Assembly (NCBI GenBank): GCA_039189765.1
Contig: JBCCYL010000026.1
Coordinates: 11,579 to 75,578 of the forward strand
Reading direction: 5' to 3'
DNA from: Cyanobacteria bacterium P01_F01_bin.150
GTDB lineage: Bacteria; Cyanobacteriota; Cyanobacteriia; CAKZMO01
DNA: 64,000 nt
The notes under the pieces: model-generated
Told to the model about the DNA's origin: nothing
The model's input: only the letters and a program-made list of their open reading frames with translations
The model's database searches: none
Shown here: positions 50,736 to 60,170 of the stretch, piece by piece
Position numbering within the stretch: the first letter of the stretch is position 1
How the letters are laid out: each line of letters opens with the position of its first letter
Position numbers and translations under genes: made by a program

Positions 50736-51371
50736 ATGAATGAATTAAATCTATCAAAGGTTGTCAGTGAAAGCTGGAGGTTATTCTCTGAAAACCTCGT
50801 AGTTATTTTGTCCGTCTTTATTGTTTACATCATCGTAAGCATTCTCACATCTTTCTTGACTGCAGCCGTGCCTGAAGATGCGGTTGGTCTGGTTGTAATT
50901 GTCAACGTAATAGATTTCATGATCTCCTCTTTCCTGACGGCTGGCCTCTATAGATTTGGGCTAAATATCATACAAGGAAGAGATGCTGCTGTAGGAGATT
51001 TATTTTCGCAATCGGCTAGCACAACGCTAAAACTGATTGGATTGTCTATCCTCGTTGGATTACTCGTCTTAGTTGGGTTTATCCTACTGATCGTACCTGG
51101 AATTATCCTAGCCCTGAAATACTCCATGGTCTTCCAGGTTTTAATCGATGAGCGAGTTGGTCCACTGGAGGCGATGGATAAAAGTTCTCAGCTAACCTCT
51201 GGCCATAAACTCCAGTTATTCTTGCTTGGATTTATTAACCTGGGCATTATCATACTCGGAGCACTATGTTTTGGCATTGGCCTTCTGGTTGCACTTCCCG
51301 TCACGTGGCTGACAACATTCGTTGCCTATAAGATGCTCAATCCAGCCATCACAGATATGCAGCCTGTATAA
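50736..51371 (+). CDS. DUF975-like integral membrane protein
   Basis: Several TMs; GFILLIVPGIILALKYS and EAMDKS..LTSGHK.QLF. Confidence 0.8.
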   Translation: MNELNLSKVVSESWRLFSENLVVILSVFIVYIIVSILTSFLTAAVPEDAVGLVVIVNVIDFMISSFLTAGLYRFGLNIIQGRDAAVGDLFSQSASTTLKLIGLSILVGLLVLVGFILLIVPGIILALKYSMVFQVLIDERVGPLEAMDKSSQLTSGHKLQLFLLGFINLGIIILGALCFGIGLLVALPVTWLTTFVAYKMLNPAITDMQPV

Positions 51372-51481
51372 CTTATGTTGGTGATTGGACATCTAATCAG
51401 CGGCAGCCCTCTCTTAAATCCCATGATTCACAGATGAACGTGTTTAAGCCCAATAGGCCATTAGGGCATCAAGCTCAATCA

Positions 51482-52846
51482 TCAATCATCAAAAGAAAAG
51501 GGAGCAAGAGCGATCGGGTGTCCAGAGCCATTATCAATGACTACCCAAAAGCATTCTTGGCGATCGCCCACCACCTGGGCATATAAATAGCCATCGGAGC
51601 TTGTCGCCGATAGTTGACGATCGGCTAAGCATTGAGATTGATCGTACACGGTCAATCTCATTCCCATTGGAGCAGGCGTTCCTGGAGTAGTGCCTAAAAT
51701 AAGCAATAGGACCCATTCATTTTTATCTAATGGCCAGATGATGGCATATAGACGCAGGGTCAGTTCGTTTTGAACGATATCTTTGTAAGCACCTTGTGCG
51801 TGAGGGGAGATAGCAATTCCATCCGCATTGAGAGATGCAACAACAGTTTCAAAGTTATCGACGAGAGACGCTGATCGCAAACCTCTAAACCCCAGGGATA
51901 AAGACGGCATTAATACCCATTCCAGATCTTGGGCAATCTGCCCTAGTTGATTTTGCAACCATTGCCCAGCATTAACGATTGATGGAGCCAGGGGCTGTGC
52001 AGCTATTGATTCAATGTTTTGAGCACTGGACTGATACTTATCTTCAAACACGGGCCGTAGGGGCAATGGCTCTCGCCCCATCTGTAGCTGATAGAGCCAG
52101 TTTTGCTGCTCCACACATTGCAAAATAATGGCCGCCTCTTGCCAGGATAATACGTCTTCCAAGGGAAACTCAGGGTCCCGTAGCCGAGGCCAGAGTTGGT
52201 TCAGCCTTTGGGATAGGATGGCGATCGCATTAGTTTCTACACCTACGGCTTGGGGCAGCGGCACACTATTGGGGTCTAATCGTTCCAGAATCAGCAACAA
52301 CGAATCAACATCCGTTGTAAATGTTGCTTTAGCAATGTCGTAGGTCCATGATGTGGGGTTACGCTCAATAATCTGAGACATTAACTGAGAATGGGTGCCG
52401 TATCCTACCACTTGCACCTGCTGGTGCTCCTCAAGAACATCTACAAGAATATAAATCTGAGCCGCATAGTCTGACAGGTCCAGTACAGCACGGGGAATGG
52501 AAAGAATCGGATCGTCCAAGCATCCAAGCGCTAGTAAACACACCTTCATATTGTTGACCGATAGCTGGCAAACTGACTCAACAAGAGAAGCGATCGCAGG
52601 CTGATAGAGTGAGCAAGTCTCAGCATGGAGGGGAAAACGGGGCGATCGCGATCGCAACCATTGCTTAAATCCTGACAATGCCAGGGCATGGCGATAAATT
52701 TGCCATTGGCGGTCCGGTTTTGAGATTGCTTGGGATACTTGAACCGCATTTTCAATATCTGCGTTGCTGAGAGTAACGGTATCAAGCGGGAGGACAGTCC
52801 AATCCTGGCGGTCACTGGGGCCAGGATTACTAGGTGAAAACATCAT
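51482..52846 (-). CDS. DUF1822 family protein
   Basis: QWQIYRHALAL.GF.QWL, YILVDVLEE...V.VVGY, VNAGQWLQ and a C-terminal beta domain (YAQVVGD..E.F.V). Confidence 0.8.
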   Translation of the reverse strand: MMFSPSNPGPSDRQDWTVLPLDTVTLSNADIENAVQVSQAISKPDRQWQIYRHALALSGFKQWLRSRSPRFPLHAETCSLYQPAIASLVESVCQLSVNNMKVCLLALGCLDDPILSIPRAVLDLSDYAAQIYILVDVLEEHQQVQVVGYGTHSQLMSQIIERNPTSWTYDIAKATFTTDVDSLLLILERLDPNSVPLPQAVGVETNAIAILSQRLNQLWPRLRDPEFPLEDVLSWQEAAIILQCVEQQNWLYQLQMGREPLPLRPVFEDKYQSSAQNIESIAAQPLAPSIVNAGQWLQNQLGQIAQDLEWVLMPSLSLGFRGLRSASLVDNFETVVASLNADGIAISPHAQGAYKDIVQNELTLRLYAIIWPLDKNEWVLLLILGTTPGTPAPMGMRLTVYDQSQCLADRQLSATSSDGYLYAQVVGDRQECFWVVIDNGSGHPIALAPFSFDD

Positions 52847-52944
52847 AGGTTTAGCCCGAAGAAACGGGGTCGAAAAAAGGTTGTAGAAACGGAAGGACTA
52901 ACAGAAGACGCAATCAGAATAAGAAAAACAGGCAGAGCATTACA

Positions 52945-54357
52945 TTAAGCCGTACTTATAGACTTCAGGTAATCGCATAGGCGACGGGCAAATAAACTTT
53001 TTAGGGGATGGTGGCGGGTTCCACTAGTTTCGTCCACGGCTTCTTGGATAACAGCATTTACCTGCTCTTCCAAGGCTGAATCCATCTGCTGTAGTTGAGC
53101 AATATCTACATAAGAAGACGCTAACTTTTCTACTGAGGCGCATAACTTTGCCAACACAGCTCGTCGTACATCAGCTCGTATCTCCTTTAGTTTGAGTAAT
53201 CGAGTGACTTGGTATTGAGCCTTTAACTTTAGCGGTTTGGCAATCTCGCCCATCGACATGCCGCAGCAGTGAAACAAGTGCAGTCCTTGGACGAACTGAT
53301 CGGCGTTGCCTTTTTTGCTTTTTTGAAGCTGAGAGATGCGATCGCCCACAACTTCAGCGATGGCCTGATCTAAACAAATTTTGAGCTGGACACGATACTG
53401 GGCTAAAAAAGTATCAGCAGCATCTTCGTCCGGTGGTAGTTCTGCTGTTTTGTCCCCTACACTTACCTGCCCTTCTGGTGTATTCAACGATACGTTATCT
53501 GTCCTGCCCCCTCTGGCATAAATACGATATTGGCGTAAATAGTCAGCGAGCTGCCTCAAGGATTTCATAACATTTACGGGATTATTTAAAGTATTTGACT
53601 GGTACACCAACGACGCAGAGGCCCGCGACAATGTTTTTCGTTCCATAAACGCCACCATCCGTTGGAGTTGATCGGTGGATGGGGGAGAGCATAGGCGACC
53701 CTGGCGTTTTTTCAGTTTGAGGCGATCGCTTCGATAGACCTGATGATAAGCCGTTAACAAATAGGCATTGGTTTCTATTTCCATCTGACTTAGGGTATGA
53801 AATTCAGTCAAGATCCGCCGAAGCTGTTGCCCAGATGTATCATTCAAAATAGCCCAATCACTGACCCGATAGACCCCCTGCTCCAGCAAAAACTGATTGA
53901 GATCAGAATGCTGTTTAACCCGCTGAGTCACCCAATGACCTAAGCCAGCGCGCTCTAGATCAATAGTATTTAGAATATCCGTTGCCAATGAGACATTGGG
54001 GGTTTGGGTGGATGATTTGCGATAAAAACGACCGTCATCACTGAGAACATAAGGAAGTAAATCGAGCTGGGTAAACCCATGATTATGGCCAAACTGGTCG
54101 GCAAGCTGGGCACAAGCCTGATCGATCTGATAGGAAATAAAACATCGTAGACATATCTCAGCAAGTAGGGACTCTGGCGCTGATTGTGTCTGCATTTGCT
54201 TCCATAACGTCCATTGGACATCACGATTAGGCAAATCCGTCAGGCCATTGCCAAAAATCTGACCCAGAAAATCAGCGGCCTCTGTTACCTGTCGGCGTTG
54301 GCGTTGTCCTCCCATATTCAAAGTAATCATTTGGCTATAGTGTGATACAACTGCCAT
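52945..54357 (-). CDS. Large sigma-70-like/HetZ-like putative transcription factor
   Basis: CLRCFISYQI, region-2-like IDLERAGLGHWV and C-terminal HTH GMSMGEIA..L.L.AQYQVTRLL; directly upstream of DUF1822. Confidence 0.65.
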   Translation of the reverse strand: MAVVSHYSQMITLNMGGQRQRRQVTEAADFLGQIFGNGLTDLPNRDVQWTLWKQMQTQSAPESLLAEICLRCFISYQIDQACAQLADQFGHNHGFTQLDLLPYVLSDDGRFYRKSSTQTPNVSLATDILNTIDLERAGLGHWVTQRVKQHSDLNQFLLEQGVYRVSDWAILNDTSGQQLRRILTEFHTLSQMEIETNAYLLTAYHQVYRSDRLKLKKRQGRLCSPPSTDQLQRMVAFMERKTLSRASASLVYQSNTLNNPVNVMKSLRQLADYLRQYRIYARGGRTDNVSLNTPEGQVSVGDKTAELPPDEDAADTFLAQYRVQLKICLDQAIAEVVGDRISQLQKSKKGNADQFVQGLHLFHCCGMSMGEIAKPLKLKAQYQVTRLLKLKEIRADVRRAVLAKLCASVEKLASSYVDIAQLQQMDSALEEQVNAVIQEAVDETSGTRHHPLKSLFARRLCDYLKSISTA

Positions 54358-54824
54358 GAAAATTCACAACTATCCTCATTGGTTCAACACAGGGATTGAC
54401 TCGAAACTACAATGCCGATTTGTTATGGCGACCTAGCACGAGGCTTTAACCCAGCCATAAGATTATCAGCATAGTTTGTGGCTTCAAATCAGTTTGCCCT
54501 TGAAAGCAAGAAACATGGAACACAAAACGCTCTGGTTTCCCATCGACTAACTGCTCGGCCCTCAAAACTTCTTAAATATGGAGGTCTGTGAGGTATGCAT
54601 TCTCAAACCAGTGAAATGTAAACTTTTTTAAATAATCCATTTAATCTGTGCTCTGCTGTCGATAACTCATTGTGTGCGTTCTTAATAACGTGTCGGCAAT
54701 CCGAAGTAATCGGAAACACCTTGCCCCTATCTAAAAACACCGCACACGCTCCCTATACAGTCCGCTATCGACTCGTCTTGGTCGGGTTGTCCATGTTGAA
54801 CTGTCCTTTCACTAGCTGTCTTCT

Positions 54825-55583
54825 ATGTGTACTGAAGCAAGTCGTCCCCATGACTCTGACCATCCCCTTATCCATCGCCTGTGGCAGGCGTTCCAAAATC
54901 ATGACGCACTGACAACACTGCTATCTGAACCTGAAACCCTGCGCACCATTATGAACACGGTGGAAATTCGACGCTGGCTATTTGAAGAGATTCAGCGCCA
55001 GTCCAACGGCTGCGATCCCTGTGCGACCCAGGCTAGTCAAAATCTGATTCGCATGATGGAAGCATCCAAAATGATTCGAGGTAGGGGCTATATTGCCGAG
55101 GACATATATGCCGAAGCATATTCGCGAACATGTGAGTGGTTATTAAAAAAGCTTCCGACCTATGACCCTGAAAAAGCCAGCTTTGTCCACTGGTTCAATA
55201 AGAAATTAGCGTGGACGATTCATGATGGGTTTCGAGAACGAGCAGAACGTCTGAAAAGAGAAGTATCAAGGGACGCTTCTGCTAAAGACCCTGAATTGCC
55301 CACGCAGCAAAACAATTACTCGTGGCAAGAAATCGTCAAAGAATGGATCGACCGTGTGGAAAGAAACAAACCAGACCTTCGTCGCTGTCGAATGCAAGAC
55401 CCCTATTCCTACATCAATGGCTATGACTTATTACTTCAAATTCTACAGTCCATGCTCACAGAAAAGTTCTCAATTGACCAGGTCGATTGGGACGCCCTTG
55501 CCCAATCACAAAATATTGCCCCCGCCTCCCTTAAACGCTTTTGTCAAACTCGCTGTTTTCGGATATTTAAGACTCTGCCCTAA
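54825..55583 (+). CDS. Divergent ECF-type sigma-70-like factor
   Basis: Region-2-like DIYAEAYSRTCEWL.KKL.TYDPEKASFVHWFN; C-terminal HTH WDALAQSQNIAPASLKRF. Confidence 0.75.
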   Translation: MCTEASRPHDSDHPLIHRLWQAFQNHDALTTLLSEPETLRTIMNTVEIRRWLFEEIQRQSNGCDPCATQASQNLIRMMEASKMIRGRGYIAEDIYAEAYSRTCEWLLKKLPTYDPEKASFVHWFNKKLAWTIHDGFRERAERLKREVSRDASAKDPELPTQQNNYSWQEIVKEWIDRVERNKPDLRRCRMQDPYSYINGYDLLLQILQSMLTEKFSIDQVDWDALAQSQNIAPASLKRFCQTRCFRIFKTLP

Positions 55584-55613
55584 ACATAAAAGCAATTGAA
55601 ACTACACCCAACA

Positions 55614-55743
55614 CCCAACTCTTTAACTCCCCAACTCTTTAACTCCCCAACTCTTTAACTCCCCAACTCTTTAACTCCCCAACTCTTTAACTCCCCAACT
55701 CTTTAACTCTCCAACTCTCCAACTCCCCAACTCTTTAACTCTC
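55614..55743. repeat. Intergenic tandem repeat (8-bp subunits AACTCTTT/AACTCCCC, 16-bp period)
   Basis: CCAACTCTTTAACTCC repeated, ending about 10 bp before the ATG at 55754. Confidence 0.95.
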
Positions 55744-55753
55744 ACCTAAACCT

Positions 55754-57010
55754 ATGCTTGACACTACCGAATCTCCACTACCCATTACTCTGCCAATTAG
55801 CGCCAGCGATCGCCACCAAGCCACCACCTTTGCGAACCAGCAACCCAATGCGACCAAAGCCGAACAGGTCTATCGCAATACCTTAGCCGTACTGGCCACT
55901 CAGAAATACCTCCAGCTTTTGGGCATTGAGACTAGCCTTGAAGATAGTCATAGCTGGAATCCGCTGCATCAGGTATTAAGCAATGTCGCCGATTTAGTGA
56001 TTCTTATTTTTCCTGATGTGCCTAAATATCTGGACTGTCGGCCAGTGGAAAAAGGCGATCGCACCTGCACTATCCCTGAATCGGTCTGGAGGCCAAACCC
56101 AAACCATCCAGAGCCAGATGATATAAAAGTTCCCCATTTAATGGGCCATGTGCTGGTGCAGTTAGATGAACCTTATCAGGTTGCCGAGATCCTGGGTTTT
56201 AAAAAACCTGTTTCTACTAAGGACTTTTCGTTAAAACAGCTTCAACCACTGCCCGATTTGATCGACGAGTTTTTAGAACCTGAACCCGTCTTTGATCACA
56301 GCTCTATATCCGTTCCTTTGCATAGGTGGCTAGACAGCAGAATTACAGAAGGATGGCAACAAATAACCCAGGAATTAAAAAAACAATGGTCACTATTTCA
56401 ATACGACATGCTGGTAACTGCGATGGAAATGCGAGGGGGGGGACCAGAAGACACAATGGTACCTGCGATGAGAATGCGATCGGTTAAAACTCCCACCCCT
56501 ATTCCTGAACGGATCAGACAACGAATTGAAGCACTATATTCCCAAGAGTTTGGTCCTTCTGGAGAGGCTGTAGATCACGACGGCCAAAGTAATCAAACGG
56601 ATGCTTTACTCCAGATTATGCAAACGACCCAAAGTGATGAGACTCGTTGGCAAGCGGCAGAACTGTTATGGTCAGTTGAGCCCCAGCATCCCCAAAGTCC
56701 AGTAATCACTCTTAAAGATCTGGGGATTTATTTAAATAAGCAAACGGTCGCCCTAATAGTCGGTCTGTTACCCAAAGAGGATGGATCATTTTTGATTCTG
56801 ACACGGGCTTGTCCTATGGCTGAGGCCAAAGCGTTGCCCTCTGGTCTAACCCTAACAGGATGGGACGAAAATAACGACCCGTTTTTTAGCGTGGAGGCAC
56901 GACAGCGTGACCAGTATGTTCAATTTAAATTTACGGCGGAGAGGGGCGATCGCTTTAGCCTAAAAGTAACGCTCGACGGTCACCAATTTACCGAATCCTT
57001 TATGGTTTAG
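55754..57010 (+). CDS. DUF1822 family protein
   Basis: FANQQP...KAEQVY.NTLAVLA...YL..LGI.T.L..S.SWNP, LDCRPV, L.RWL....EGWQ and EARQRDQYVQ.KF....GDRFS. Confidence 0.9.
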   Translation: MLDTTESPLPITLPISASDRHQATTFANQQPNATKAEQVYRNTLAVLATQKYLQLLGIETSLEDSHSWNPLHQVLSNVADLVILIFPDVPKYLDCRPVEKGDRTCTIPESVWRPNPNHPEPDDIKVPHLMGHVLVQLDEPYQVAEILGFKKPVSTKDFSLKQLQPLPDLIDEFLEPEPVFDHSSISVPLHRWLDSRITEGWQQITQELKKQWSLFQYDMLVTAMEMRGGGPEDTMVPAMRMRSVKTPTPIPERIRQRIEALYSQEFGPSGEAVDHDGQSNQTDALLQIMQTTQSDETRWQAAELLWSVEPQHPQSPVITLKDLGIYLNKQTVALIVGLLPKEDGSFLILTRACPMAEAKALPSGLTLTGWDENNDPFFSVEARQRDQYVQFKFTAERGDRFSLKVTLDGHQFTESFMV

Positions 57011-57015
57011 CGACT

Positions 57016-57071
57016 ATAACGGCTTCAAATTAGCCATTTTTAAGTTCTGTGACGGCCTCAGTATCGCCCAG
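57016..57071 (+). pseudogene. 56-bp remnant of a CHAT catalytic-Cys coding segment
   Basis: 50/56 identical to 58209-58264; reads NGFKLAIFKFCDGLSIAQ, then Q and a stop. Confidence 0.8.
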
Positions 57072-57274
57072 CAGTAGTTTATCTTCATCCAAATTCCTTA
57101 GTGGCTCCAGCGATGATTTTAATCGTGTTTGTTTTGACGACTCTATGACCAAGCGTTGGCATTTTTCCGCCTTGCATTCCCTAGGTAATCATGCGATCTA
57201 TTTAGTAAGCTGTCTGCCCCAGTTCAATGACAAGTTCAATAATCTTTGATATTTGATAGCATTTCCCACCCCCC

Positions 57275-60097
57275 ATGATCTCTTCTTCGTCATCTACGTC
57301 CCCTTCTGAAAACATTACCGTTGTCCTAGAGATTTATAGCGGTAGCTTTGCCGATGGATTCGGAGTAACGCTCCAAATTTTAGACAATGGTCAAATCATT
57401 CATCACTATGATAAGAGCGCTCGATTAACCCTTCCACCTGCCCCTAAAATTCCAGGCTTATTTGAGCAATGGCACGACATGAACCGGGCTGGGGATACCC
57501 TTGTGCGGAAAATGTCTTCAGAAAAGACGCAGGATCTGCCGCGACAGATGACCCCAGAATATATTCAGCATCTTCAGGAACAGCACATACCAGAAGACTC
57601 GATTCGGGGTATCAAGCCTGTTGGGGAGCAAGTGACCCATGTTAATGCCAAAGTCTGGCGACAACTGGCCGATAATCTAGAGACTAGCTGCAAGCAATGG
57701 TTTGAGGATCAAGCCTTTGACTACTTGAGCCTGAAAATTCAACATCCGGTTGAAGTGCGGCAAGATAGTTCAGTACCGATTATTATCAATCCTCAAACGG
57801 AAGATCCCACCCAAAATTACATTCTGAAGAATCTACCGTGGCATGACTGGTGGAGTCTGTTTAAAGAACTAAAGCATTCAGAGTTTGCTCTCTTTGGAAA
57901 GTTTCGGAGGCGTACGTCTCATCTTGAAGCCCCAATCAGAATCCTTGCTATTTTTGGCAACCACAGCCAGCTTAACCTAGGCCAGGATAAAGAAGCATTA
58001 TCACGCCTAGAAGCCCGAGGAGCTAAAATCAAACCCTTGCTGGAACCGGGTGAAACGGAGCTAAAGCGAACGTTAGCGGACGGACAATGGAATATTCTTT
58101 TCTTCGCTGGTCATAGCAGCAGTGAAGGGGATAGTGGAATGATTCAGATTAATAGATCTACCACTCTATCCCTGGCAGAACTAAGTCCTTCCTTCCTGCG
58201 CGCAGTCGATAACGGTTTAAAGTTAGCCATTTTTAATTCCTGCGACGGCCTCAGTATCGCCCAGTTTTTGGCTGATAAAGCAGCAATTCCCACAAGTATT
58301 GTGATGCGTCAACCCTTGCCTGATCAGATTGCGGGGCAGTTTTTACTGGATTTTCTGACCCAATTTTCCCAAGGCACTCCTCTGTATCGTTCTGTTCGCC
58401 TAGCTCGTGAAAAGTTGCCCTCCCAGCATGACTTTCCAGCAGTCGATTGGTTGCCAACGGTGTGTGCCAATCCCAATCAACCGGAATTTATTTGGCCCTC
58501 CGAATCAATAGTTCCGCCCCCCCCAGACCCACCGTCCTCTCCTCCAAAGTCCAGGTGGCATAAGAAAAAAACAATTCTCGTGTTGCTCTTTTTGCTCGGC
58601 TTAGCGATGGTGTTATGGATTGGCAAAATCGTTAGCCCTCCAGCAGGCGAAACTGATATTGTTCTGGAGCCCCTCATCAGCCAAGGAGAAAACATTGTTG
58701 AAGACACTAGAATTAGTTTATCCGATCCCTATCTTTCCCTAAAGAACCAGGGTATTGAAGCGTTTATCAAGGGGGATTACGATACAGCCTATCAGAACTT
58801 CCGCAGTCTACGGCAGCAGGCGAAGCGAGATAAGGATTCGGTAAGTAAAGCGATCGCCACCCCTGCCCTTGCCGCTCTCCAGGACTACGAAAGCCTAATC
58901 TATAGCAACAATTCCCTTGTCCTGAAGCATCAGCAAGAAAATCCCGGCCTGCCAGTGTACAACATTGCCATTGCCGCACCGTTTAACTTTGAGGCAGGGA
59001 TTTCTATCGCCTATGGCGTAGCCCATGCCCAAGATGTCTTCGTTAATCGGCAGAAGCTAAATCTACTGGTGACTTTGGCCAATGACAGCAATAATGAAGA
59101 CCAAGCCCAGGCAGTTGCCGAAGCCCTAAGTAATGACGGCAAGATGCTTGCCGCCGTTGGGCACTATACATCGGCTAACTCCTGTGCTGCCCTGCAAAAG
59201 TACGACCCACAGAATTTAGTGCTGATGTCTCCCACCAGCACTACGGTCAATTTGGCCTCTCGGATTGAATGTGGCGGCAATAAAAATGGGGTCTTTTTCC
59301 GCACCGTCTCCACTACCAGAGTTGAAGCTGAGACGTTGGTGAACTATCTAATTAAAGATTTGGCGATCGCCCAGCCCAAGATCGCCATGTTTTATAATCC
59401 CAATGAACTCTTTAGCCGCAATGTGGCAGAACAGTTCCAACAGGTGGTGCAAGCCTTCGGTGGCAAGGTAACGTCCTATGATCTATCCGATCCAAAATTC
59501 AAAACCAATCAGCTACCCACCGAGGCCCGAGGTGCTGATGCCTTAGTGATTTTGCCCGATGGCGGTACCAACAATACCAACGCCTTTGATAAGGGCATCG
59601 ACGTGCTAAAGCTAAACGCGGGGGAAAAGCCTGTTTTGGCAGGAAATGTGTTTTACCTTAAAGAGGTGCTGGATCAGGTCGATGCCGAGGCAGTGGTGGA
59701 TCGCATGTTTATCGCAGTCGATTGGCATCCCAAACAGTGTGGTGCTGAGGAGTTTAGTCAGCAAACCCGTGAATATTGGGGCGGCGACCTCAACCGCCGC
59801 ACGGCCTTGGCCTACGAAGCGGTACAAGCGATCGCCCAAGCGATTACTCAATCCACCAAAGGAGAGGTCGATCCCACGACCGCTGTCACCCGTCAACGAA
59901 TCCGTCAAAAGCTGGCGGAAACTGGGATTCAAAAAAATACGGCGGCGGAGAGTGCCACGATGGAGGATACGTTAATTAGCTTTGATGCCTTGGGCGATCG
60001 CAATGAAATTACCACCCGCCAAATTGTCACCGTTGCTGAGAGTAACGATCAGCTCCGCTTTGAACTCGTTAACCAGGGGGACTGCCAGCCAGAATAA
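57275..60097 (+). CDS. CHAT protease - TM - periplasmic binding protein (LivJ/ANF-receptor-like) receptor, copy 1
   Basis: LPWHDW, FFAGHS and IFNSCDG; KKK then TM ILVLLFLLGLAMVLWIG; AAVGHYTS, MSPTST, FFRTV and RTALAYEAV. Confidence 0.9.
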   Translation: MISSSSSTSPSENITVVLEIYSGSFADGFGVTLQILDNGQIIHHYDKSARLTLPPAPKIPGLFEQWHDMNRAGDTLVRKMSSEKTQDLPRQMTPEYIQHLQEQHIPEDSIRGIKPVGEQVTHVNAKVWRQLADNLETSCKQWFEDQAFDYLSLKIQHPVEVRQDSSVPIIINPQTEDPTQNYILKNLPWHDWWSLFKELKHSEFALFGKFRRRTSHLEAPIRILAIFGNHSQLNLGQDKEALSRLEARGAKIKPLLEPGETELKRTLADGQWNILFFAGHSSSEGDSGMIQINRSTTLSLAELSPSFLRAVDNGLKLAIFNSCDGLSIAQFLADKAAIPTSIVMRQPLPDQIAGQFLLDFLTQFSQGTPLYRSVRLAREKLPSQHDFPAVDWLPTVCANPNQPEFIWPSESIVPPPPDPPSSPPKSRWHKKKTILVLLFLLGLAMVLWIGKIVSPPAGETDIVLEPLISQGENIVEDTRISLSDPYLSLKNQGIEAFIKGDYDTAYQNFRSLRQQAKRDKDSVSKAIATPALAALQDYESLIYSNNSLVLKHQQENPGLPVYNIAIAAPFNFEAGISIAYGVAHAQDVFVNRQKLNLLVTLANDSNNEDQAQAVAEALSNDGKMLAAVGHYTSANSCAALQKYDPQNLVLMSPTSTTVNLASRIECGGNKNGVFFRTVSTTRVEAETLVNYLIKDLAIAQPKIAMFYNPNELFSRNVAEQFQQVVQAFGGKVTSYDLSDPKFKTNQLPTEARGADALVILPDGGTNNTNAFDKGIDVLKLNAGEKPVLAGNVFYLKEVLDQVDAEAVVDRMFIAVDWHPKQCGAEEFSQQTREYWGGDLNRRTALAYEAVQAIAQAITQSTKGEVDPTTAVTRQRIRQKLAETGIQKNTAAESATMEDTLISFDALGDRNEITTRQIVTVAESNDQLRFELVNQGDCQPE

Positions 60098-60170
60098 ATA
60101 CAGATTTAACTACAGCGTCAACGTTTTGATGATTTAATCCTAATGATTCAATCCCCATGATTTAATCCCT

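Noticed and set aside
57049..57249. 66-aa ORF between DUF1822 and the first CHAT receptor
   Set aside because: It starts out of frame within the CHAT remnant, has no RBS or motif, and is probably spurious.
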